64,000 bases of DNA from Nemertoderma westbladi (lineage: Eukaryota; Animalia; Xenacoelomorpha): contig JAUCBJ010002777.1 in the NCBI GenBank assembly GCA_032718475.1, forward strand, positions 62,001-126,000, given 5' to 3'. The notes beneath the pieces are model-generated. The model ran no database searches, was not told the DNA's origin, and saw only the letters and a list, made by a program, of their open reading frames with translations. A program made the translations under genes and the position numbers. Positions within the stretch are counted from its first letter, which is position 1, and the number at the start of each line of letters is the position of its first letter. Positions 1-9,100 of this stretch are shown piece after piece.

Positions 1-423
1 TAGACTTCCCATTTCGCCCTGAGGCCTAACATTACGGATTACCCCACATAGATTCTCTATTATTTATAGCTATGGGTCTGGTTGTTTGGCTTCCTAGCGG
101 GTGGGCGCCAGGCCGGTTGGTACTGTACACTAGCTACTGTAATACATTACATTCACTTGCACTGTTGTTTATTTCTAACTCGACAACAAAGTAAATAGCC
201 GGTAGCGCTATAAACATCCACCCTGTACAGTACTGAATACAGGTAATAACAATATAGCCATAAAATAAATTACTCGTTATTAATTCTGTGAAGCTGCCAT
301 TGAATTTATACATTGAATAAATGAGTTATTATCTAATGTTAAGATTATAACTGGACCTCTTGTACGAGTTCCTGAGCCTATTATTATTACAGTATTACAC
401 GCTATGTCCACCAAACATTTTGT

Positions 424-789
424 ATGAATCCAATTTTATCAACTGGTTGCGATGTAGAACCACACCCCATTTACTCCTGTTTAAATCCGCTGATCCCCGA
501 CCACAACAGAAAACATTTCACTAAATTGCGTCTAATGTCCCACAGACTTAAGGTTGAAACGGGTCGTTGGAGTCGCATCCCTCCTGAGCAACGTATCTGC
601 TGCTGTAACACAAACCTAGTACAAGACGAGCCTCACGTACTATTATTTTGTCACCTGACGGATGATATACGAATAGAATACGGACTAAAACATAATAGTT
701 TGATAGACTTGTTTAAAGAAACGTACAGTGCACCGGTACTACTATGTAAATTTATTGAAGCAGTATTAAAAGTTTTTTCGAATAATTAA
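424..789 (+). pseudogene. Remnant of LINE ORF2 (reverse transcriptase protein) C-terminal Cys/His zinc-binding region
   Basis: Matches the RLxSHxLx(I/V)ETGRW...RxC...xDExH(F/V)LLxC signature. No RT or endonuclease domain is recognisable upstream, so it is truncated. Confidence 0.75.
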
Positions 790-996
790 TTAATAAATTA
801 GAAATAATAATATTAGTAAGTGTTATTTACTTTTATATTTACTTAGTTTGTGCAAAAATATACTGAGTATATTAATATTGCTGTTTGTTGCGATCGTAAT
901 ACATTACTATTACGCTATACTGTAGTGTGCAAAATATGATTTTGGCGAAAATTAAAGGCTGAACGGGCCAGTAAACCGTTCACTACTACTACTACT
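424..996 (+). mobile_element. 5'-truncated non-LTR retrotransposon (L2/CR1-like group) 3' end: ORF2 C-terminus, 3' UTR, terminal stem-loop and (ACT)n tail
   Basis: ORF 424-789 carries the LINE ORF2 C-terminal motif KLRLMSHRLKVETGRW..RICCC..VQDEPHVLLFC. It is followed by an AT-rich UTR, the stem-loop TGAACGG-gccagtaaa-CCGTTCA (960-982) and CTACTACTACTACT (983-996). Confidence 0.8.
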
Positions 997-1449
997 TATT
1001 AATCATATATATTTAATATTATTATTAAATTACTACTACTACTAGACAGTAACAGTTGATTTTTTGCTAGAAATCCATTGTTAATAATAATATAATACAA
1101 TTATAATTATTATCTAACAAAGCAGGATCTAATGACCAATGGCGCGTTACTACAGTATTTAAAACTTAAGTCGCCCCACTTCATATGGGCCGCTTATGCG
1201 CTGCAACGCGAAATGAAAAGTGATAATTTTTTAGTAAAAAAAATACAATTGAAAGAAAATAACTTTAGCGGAAAGTGATTGAATTTTAATTGATTTTTAG
1301 TGAAATATAATTATAGTTTGTTGTTACAAAATTATAAATAGTTGAAACACAATTATTTTTAGTGAAAATCAAATTAGAATTTTAATGATTTTGTTATTTT
1401 TGGTGAATGAAAATTTATTTGACGAATGATAATTTTACCCTTAGCAGAG

Positions 1450-1517
1450 TAAACTCAGTGGGAAATAAACTCAGTGGGAAATAAACTCAGTGGGAAATAA
1501 ACTCAGTGGGAAATAAA
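1450..1517. repeat. 16-bp minisatellite (TAAACTCAGTGGGAAA) x4.2
   Basis: Four perfect tandem copies read directly. Confidence 0.95.
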
Positions 1518-2163
1518 TTTGTTGCGTTGATTTTTTCTTTCCCTTTCCGAATCATACGAAACCGAAGAGCCATTATCCTTGCAACTACTGTATAGACCTC
1601 TGTAACCCGTTAATACATAAAGTAAGAGACCAGTGCACAGCACACATCCAACTTCATTCATTTAACGCAAAATCCCGTGAAAAGCAAAGGCCATTTATCT
1701 AAAAATCTAGTTTGGACATTCTTGACTAAAATCAATAATTATCTGTTCATAATAGTAATTATGCCTTTATGCCATCCAATAACCGATCACATTGAACAAC
1801 CCTGATCTGTTTTTTTTTCTGTCTCCTACTAATTAATTTGTCGCAATCCCGGGCTATAATCAGTCGGGCACCGACTGTTTACATAAATATTTTCCGTTTT
1901 ATTGATGGCTTCTTTCTCCTCTAGAGCGGATAAACAGTGAGATGTTAGACTATTTCACTAAATAGGCCAACTTCAACCTTATAACAGCCAGCCATTAATA
2001 ATTTATTAAGAGTTTGTATCTCAAGTCATGTGTGGCGCCATAACTACAACCACGAAGGAATTTTAAGTCCTGGAATTCCTGTAAACCTGCTGTATTCTTA
2101 ATATGCCATGTTTATGTGAGTTGACTCTGTAGTTTATTTGAGTTGGCTCTATACTGTCTGATG

Positions 2164-2192
2164 TCTCTCTCTCTCTCTCTCTCTATCTCTCT
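2164..2192. repeat. (TC)n microsatellite
   Basis: About 14 TC units with one interruption. Confidence 0.95.
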
Positions 2193-2248
2193 GTGTACGA
2201 CAATAAACTGAACATAATAATATCGTCAAAACGAGCTCAATATAGAAG

Positions 2249-2461
2249 GGTTGGGTGAATTGTTAGCCCGCGAGTATTCTTAGCCCGCGAGTATTCTTAG
2301 CCCGCGAGTATTCTTAGCCCGCGAGTTAGTAAAGGACCAGGATAGTCTAGGAGCAGGTTTCAGAAGCGTATTTGGGGAACCGAAACAATAAACGTTATAG
2401 TTTTGAAGGCTAAGAATACCCACGGGCTAAGAATACTCGCGAGCTAAGAATTCCTGAGACC
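2249..2461. mobile_element. 213-bp MITE / non-autonomous DNA transposon with 8-bp TSD (Merlin-like GG...CC termini)
   Basis: TATAGAAG lies on both sides (2241-2248 and 2462-2469). The TIRs are imperfect (GGTTGGGTGAATTGTTAGC / GCTAAGAATTCCTGAGACC). A 17-bp subterminal repeat TTAGCCCGCGAGTATTC occurs ~4x on the left and as inverted degenerate copies at ~2409-2452. Confidence 0.8.
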
Positions 2462-2631
2462 TATAGAAGATGTGCATAAAGTCTACGTTAAAGTATAACC
2501 TCTCGGTTAAACTCTACTATTCTTCTTCTCTCTTTGACCTCTCGGTTATTTGTTATTTTTCCGGTTATTTTAACCCGAGGAACAGGAACTAGCCGAGGCG
2601 TAGCCGAGGCTTTCCTGTTCCGAGTTTTTAC

Positions 2632-2655
2632 TTGAATAAAAACAAGTAAACACTT
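2632..2655. repeat. Left copy of a perfect 24-bp inverted repeat (partner 6078-6101), within a dispersed AAGTG/CACTT-rich repeat
   Basis: TTGAATAAAAACAAGTAAACACTT is the exact reverse complement of 6078-6101. Confidence 0.85.
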
Positions 2656-2992
2656 GTAAGTGAACACTTCTATGAAAAGTGTAGTAGAGAAGTGAAGACT
2701 GAAGTGATGAGTGAACTCTTAAAATTCGCTTGAATAAAGGAACACGTTCGTGGGGCCTTCGCGCAGCACGAGGCCCAGTTATGAGATACAAATTAAAATT
2801 GAGCGACTGTATCACAAAATCAGGTTTTGAGAAATTTACCCACACCACCAATCAATCAAAGAAAGGGGGACAGTACGTGTTCACCCCTTTTAATCCCCCC
2901 CCCCCCCCCCCCACCCTTCCCAACCACCAATACATAACCGCGACATCTACCACCCACGGAAGGGTAGCACGAACTTATTTCCAATCGCACGT

Positions 2993-3281
2993 TCAATATG
3001 CAAAGCCAGGTGGTTTATAGGAATATAATAAACGCAGTACTCGTATTCATTATAAGCCTCGTTGCGTTCGTCCTGTTTTGTATTTAAATATATTTCTTAA
3101 ACGCAGGCTAGGACGTTCTTTATAATAATAATAACTAGGGATGCGATCAATATGTGAAGCCAGGTGGTTTATATAATAATTTAGTCAACGCAGTACTCGT
3201 CTTCATTATATGCCTCGTTGCGCTCGTCGCTTGTCCTGTTTTGTTATAAAATATTTTTCCTAAACGCAGACTGACGATCTT
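2993..3281. repeat. Diverged tandem duplication, period ~154 bp
   Basis: TCAATATG..AAGCCAGGTGGTTTATA..AACGCAGTACTCGT..GCCTCGTTGCG..TCCTGTTTTGT..TAAACGCAG starts at 2993 and again at 3147. Confidence 0.9.
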
Positions 3282-3786
3282 TATACAGTTATAACTATGC
3301 GAAGTTTCGAAACTGTGCGAGTAACTGTTGATACATCTATGTGGATATGTGTGATATGTGGAGATGTGTGATACAACGCCAACGCATCTTATGCCGATGT
3401 AGTAATATGGGTATTGAAATAATATTAAATTAATGTACACTCTTAAAGCTGCAGCGAAAAAATGTAGCTAATTTCCTAGGTTACATATAAAATAATAATA
3501 TTATTTTTAAGAACATTAATTTTACTACTTTGCAAAAATTCAATTAAAAAATAACCAGACATATACATTGTGGAATAAACTATTTCAGAAGCCTACACAA
3601 CAGCCATGCCATGGATAGTATTTATGTTATGATATCTGTCATTCACCTGAGATAGCAATACAACATTTATAGTGAATTTAAAGAATGCTGTCTGGGCTGG
3701 AATAGCAATACTGGTTGTCTATTACTATTCCTCTCTGGTTAGTCTTAGCAACAACTCCCAGCCAGCAGCAGAGACTTGACCAATAA

Positions 3787-3809
3787 TCATTCCCAGCAAC
3801 TGGGAATGA
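3787..3809. other. Perfect hairpin, 10-bp stem with 3-nt loop
   Basis: TCATTCCCAG-caa-CTGGGAATGA. Confidence 0.85.
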
Positions 3810-4164
3810 CACACACATCCCATCTATGTACCAGCATGTTGGCCAATAAATGAGCAGTATTTAATGAGAATAAATTTTTTTTGCCGTTTTAATTACTTTA
3901 GATCAATTAAAGACACAATTATTAAAGCAAATCACTTGAACTAATTAAAAACTATAATAGAATGGCGTATGGGGATTACATCTGTATAATTTTTAATTAT
4001 AATTATTTAAATCTTATACTGTAAAACAATTAATTTCCTTTAAAAGGCAGGTTGAAAATGGTGTTTTTACCGTAATAACTTAATTAACTAATTAACTGCT
4101 ATTATCTTAGCTTCTCGAAGGCCACACTGAAATTCTACTTGGAAAATTTCTAAACTTTTGCCAA

Positions 4165-4326
4165 ACAACATGTGTACCAAGTTTGGATAGATTTCATCAA
4201 AGATTGGCCGAGTTATTAACGTTTAAAATTGAACACGACAGAACGACAGAACGACAGAACGACAGAACGACAGGTTGATTAATGGTACCACTACGCTAAG
4301 GCTCACTCACTTCGTGGCTCGCCCCA
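4165..4326 (+). mobile_element. Probable Helentron/HINE (DINE-1-like) non-autonomous element end with (ACGACAGA)n microsatellite
   Basis: AACATGTGTACCAAGTTT...CATCAAAGATTGGCC is followed by (ACGACAGA)x~5 at 4235-4273 and a GC-rich imperfect palindrome GGCTCACTCACTTCGTGGCTCGCC. This order resembles invertebrate HINEs. The microsatellite is certain; the family is inferred. Confidence 0.5.
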
Positions 4327-5328
4327 CACTTCACTTTCACTTATACTTCACTCTTCACTTCAGCCAATCATCGGAAATTATAAATGTATTGCTTCGTTAA
4401 TTGGTTGGATTCGAACGGAAATTGTTGTTGCTAGGATCTTTTCACAACAATTCCCAAACTTATTAAAATTTCGGTCATTTTGATTAAAGATTTTAGAACA
4501 ATTAATTACAATAAGGCAGTTTTTGACATTTATTTATGTTCTAGAACATCACGCGGCCAAAAAAATGTATTTAATTGTTATGCATGGTATAGCTAGTATT
4601 TTTGGATTAGCTAGTGATTTAAAAAACAAAAAGTTTACAAATATTGGTTTTTAAAAATGTTCCTAAACACGTACCAAAACACCTATGTACAGTAGATTGG
4701 GGATAATCAATCTTTCCACGGTATCGAGTATTTTAAAAAGCTATTTTAGATATTACGAAAGAAATTATTTTTATCTTTTTATCCTATGAAAATGGTTTTA
4801 TCATGAGGTTTTTTGTTATAGAATAAATATTTGACCTTCTGACTGTAAGTACTGTAGCTAACAATTTTTTGTGTGAGCTAGTAGCCTACATGTTATTAGA
4901 TTGTAAGAAAATTAAAATTATACTTTACTCATCAATTAAATTTCTCTGAAATAATTTATGAAACATAGCTAGTAATTTGTATTTGATAATCAGGATAGCT
5001 AGTAATTATTTGCTACTGTAGCTAGTTGTTTTTTACAAAATATACAGTAGAGATGGCTGTCAAAATACAGTTTGTGGCCTACTATTCAGAAATGTAAATT
5101 ATATACTTTTTTTTATTTTAACAATTTAATTTAATACGGGTTGTATAACGATCCTTGTACTATTTAATTTTTTTTCTGAAAAAAATGTTCTAGAACTTAA
5201 TTTATTGCTAACATGTTCCGATCCGGTTCTATACCAGTGGCTCCAGTGCCAACCTTTTTTTAAAAAATAGCAAAAACTATCTAGCAAAAAATTGGTCTAT
5301 GGGTACCCAAGGTGTAGTAAAGCCCAGG

Positions 5329-5550
5329 GCTCTAACTGCTGAGGACACCAAATCTCTGGAAAGCACATTCATAAGAATGCTACGTCAGGTTCATTGTGTC
5401 AACTACAGTACAATGCACATATTTCCAACCAGACACTATATAACATTGGAGGTGTCTCATTGGTTCCCCCAAGCTTGACACTAGAACAAAGCCGCCTCCG
5501 CTTTGCAAAAAATTGCTTTGGTCGTGTGGACCAGCCTATACACAATCTTA
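5329..5550 (+). pseudogene. Degenerate RTE-type LINE ORF2 fragment (region C-terminal to the RT core), two frameshifts
   Basis: Joining frames gives ALTAEDTKSLESTFIRMLRQVHCVNY/NAHISNQTLYNIGG../PSLTLEQSRLRFAKNCFGRVDQPIHNL. This resembles the RTE-type motif WTLT...LD..TRMLR...VSW.DHI.N..LY...RRLRFAGH. Confidence 0.7.
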
Positions 5551-5760
5551 GTCGCCTCTTAACTGACTAACCTCTTAACACTGGCCTTGAAGATACGGAT
5601 AATCTCGCGATAGTCATGGGGATAGGGAGTTGTGACGGTGCAACCTTGTACAGTAGATAACAATGGGGATATCACACTAGAGGTGCCACGTTTTAACGGA
5701 TCTCGTGGACCTCGCAAGGTTACAATAGTGCCGGCCCAAACCATAATTAAAACAGTAATT

Positions 5761-5775
5761 TAACCCTAACCCTAA
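5761..5775. repeat. Short telomere-like (TAACCC)2.5 tract
   Basis: TAACCCTAACCCTAA. Confidence 0.5.
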
Positions 5776-5933
5776 GTCATGAGGCTCTAATTAATAAATT
5801 TTTGCAAAAATTATTTACCCTCCACTTCTGGTCTTAGCTTACCCATCACCTCCTTCAAATTTATATGCGAATTTTGCTTCAAAAGTAACCTTTTGATCTT
5901 ACTTGTATATTATGAAGTGTTCCCTTCAAACAG

Positions 5934-6101
5934 AAGTAAACACTTGCGTTTTATTCAAATCAACCAGAAAACACTTCCCTCTACACTTCACTCTACACTT
6001 CACTCTTCACTTCACTCTATTTTTATTCAAGCACAAGAAGTATCTTTGAAGTGTTTGCGAGTGTTTACTTGAAGTGAAAGTGTTTACTTGTTTTTATTCA
6101 A
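5934..6101. repeat. CACTT/AAGTG-rich element with internal inverted repeats, just upstream of satellite A
   Basis: AAGTAAACACTTGC (5934-5947) is inverted to GCGAGTGTTTACTT (6057-6070) with 1 mismatch. CACTTCACTCT repeats are shared with ~4330-4362, and the 24-bp IR pairs with 2632-2655. Confidence 0.65.
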
Positions 6102-6137
6102 ACCACCCGCAGTGCAGTGCAGTACTTTAGTGCAGTA

Positions 6138-9100
6138 GCAATGACGTCCAGGTGGGATCGATCCGGTGACCTCCGAGTTGGATCGAACCGGTGACCTCCG
6201 GGTTGGATCGAACTGGTGACCTCCGGGTTGGAGGAAGTGGGCAATGACGTCCACGTGGGATCGAACTGGTGACGTCCAGGTGGGATCGAACTGGTGACGT
6301 CCAAGTGGGATCAAACCGGTGACCTCCGGGTGGGATCAAACTGGTGTCCTCCAGGTGGGACCGAACTGGTGACCTCCGGGTTGGATCGAACTGGGGACCT
6401 CCGGGTGGGATCGAACTGGGGACCTCCGGGTGGGATCGAACTGGTGTCCTCTGGGTGGGATCGAACTGGTGACCTCCGGGTTGGGATCCGGGATCGAACT
6501 GGTGACCTCCGGGTTGGAGGAAGTCGGCAATGACGTCCAGGTGGGATCGAACAGGTGACCTCCGGGTTGGAGGAAGTCGGCAATGACGTCCAGGTGGGAT
6601 GGAACTGGTGACCTCCGGGTTGGAGGAAGTCGGCAATGACGTCCAGGTGGGATCGAACTGGTGACCTCCGGGTTGGAGGAAGTCGGCAATGACGTCCAGG
6701 TGGGATCGAACTGGTGACCTCCGGGTTGGAGGAAGTCGGCAATGACGTCCAGGTGGGATCGAACAGGTGACCTCCGGGTTGGAGGAAGTCGGCAATGACG
6801 TCCAGGTGGGATCGAACTGGTGACCTCCGGGTTGGAGGAAGTCGGCAATGACGTCCAGGTGGGATCGAACTGGTGACCTCCGGGTTGGAGGAAGTCGGCA
6901 ATGACGTCCAGGTGGGATCGAACTGGTGACCTCCGGGTTGGAGGAAGTCGGCAATGACGTCCAGGTGGGATCGAACTGGTGACCTCCGGGTTGGAGGAAG
7001 TCGGCAATGACGTCCAGGTGGGATCGAACTGGTGACCTCCGGGTTGGAGGAAGTCGGCAATGACGTCCAGGTGGGATCGAACTGGTGACCTCCGGGTTGG
7101 AGGAAGTCGGCAATGACGTCCAGGTGGGATCGAACTGGTGACCTCCGGGTTGGAGGAAGTCGGCAATGACGTCCAGGTGGGATCGAACTGGTGACCTCCG
7201 GGTTGGAGGAAGTCGCAATGACGTCCAGTGGGATGAACTGGTGACCTCCGGGTTGGAGGAAGTCGGCAATGACGTCCAGGTGGGATCGAACTGGTGACCT
7301 CCGGGTTGGAGGAAGTCGGCAATGACGTCCAGGTGGGATCGAACTGGTGACCTCCGGGTTGGAGGAAGTCTGGCAATGACGTCCAGGTGGGATGGAACTG
7401 GTGACCTCCGGGTTGGAGGAAGTCGGCAATGACGTCCAGGTGGGATGGAACTGGTGACCTCCGGGTTGGAGGAAGTCGGCAATGACGTCCAGGTGGGATG
7501 GAACTGGTGACCTCCGGGTTGGAGGAAGTCGGCAATGACGTCCAGGTGGGATGGAACTGGTGACCTCCGGGTTGGGATCGAACTGGGGACCTCCGGGTTG
7601 GATCGACCTGGTGACAATCGGGTTGGGATTTGGGATCGAAATGGTGACCTCCGGGTGGGATCAAACTGGGACCTCCGGGTGGGATCGAACTGGTGACCTC
7701 CGGGTGGGATCGAACTGGTGACCTCCGGGTTGGATCGAACTGGTGACGTCCAGGTGGGATCGAACTGGTGAACTCCGTGTTGGATCGAACTGGGACCTCC
7801 GGGTGGGATCGAACTGGTGATCTCCGGGTGGAATCGAACTGGGACCTCCGGTTTGGATCAAACTGGTGACCTCCGGGTGGGATCGAACTGGTGACCTCCG
7901 GGTTGGATCGAACTGGTGTCCTCCAGGTGGGACCGAACTGGTGACCTCCGGGTTGGATCGAACTAGGGACCTCCGGGTGGGATCGAACTGGTGACCTCCG
8001 GGTTGGGATCCGGGATCGAACTGGCGACGTCCAGGTGGGATCGAACTGGTGACGTCCAGGTGGGATCGAACTGGTGACGTCCAGGTGGGATCGAACTGGT
8101 GACCTCCGGGTTGGATCGAACTGGTGTCCTCCAGGTGGGACCGAACTGGTGACCTCCGGGTTGGATCGAACTAGGGACCTCCGGGTGGGATCGAACTGGT
8201 GACCTCCGGGTTGGGATCCGGGATCGAACTGGCGACGTCCAGGTGGGATCGAACTGGTGACGTCCAGGTGGGATCGAACTGGTGACGTCCAAGTGGGGTC
8301 GAACTGGTGACCTCCGGGTGGGATCGAACTGGTGACCTCCGAGTTGGAGGAAGTCGGCAATGACGTCCAGGTGGGATCGAACTGACGACCTCCGGGTTGG
8401 ATCGAACTGGGGACCTCCGGGTGGGATCGAACTGGTGACCTCCGGGTTGGATCGAACTGGGGACCTCCGGGTGGGATCCGGGATCGAACTGGTGACCTCC
8501 GGGTTGGATCGAACTGGTGACCTCCGGGTTGGGATCCGGGATCGAACTGGTGACCTCCGGGTTGGATCGAACTGGTGACCTCCGGGTTGGGATCCGGGAT
8601 CGAACTGGTGACCTCCGGGTTGGATCGAACTGGGGACCTCCGGGTGGGATCGAACCGGTGACCTCCGGGTTGGATCGAACTGGGGACCTCCGGGTGGGAT
8701 CGAACTGGTGACCTCCGGGTGGGATCGAACTGGTGACCTCCGGGTTGGATCGAACTGGGGACCTCCGGGTGGGATCGAACTGGGGACCTCCGGGTGGGAT
8801 CGAACTGGTGACCTCCGGGTTGGGATTGAACTGGGACCTCCGGGTTGGATCGAACTGGGGACCTCCGGGTTGGGATCGAACTGGGGACCTCCGGGTGGGA
8901 TCGAACTGGTGACCTCCGGGTTGGATCGAACTGGTGACCTCCGGGTGGGATCGAACTGGTGACCTCCGGGTTGGATCGAACTGGGGACCTCCGGGTGGGA
9001 TCGAACTGGGGACCTCCGGGTGGGATCGAACTGGTGACCTCCGGGTTGGGATCAAACTGGGACCTCCGGGTTGGATCGAACTGGTGACCTCCGGGTTGGG

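Noticed and set aside
3130-3170. Possible Helitron 3' CTAG end on the minus strand (ACTAG at ~3134)
   Set aside because: No convincing subterminal hairpin was found at the expected distance.
2570-3440. Short ORFs 2570-2851, 2730-3020 and 3147-3440
   Set aside because: No recognisable domains. The poly-Pro comes from a C homopolymer (~2895-2912), and the ORFs overlap repeats.
5559-5775. 61-aa minus-strand ORF and a possible telomere or healed chromosome end
   Set aside because: The ORF has no recognisable motif, and 2.5 TAACCC units are too few to indicate a telomere.
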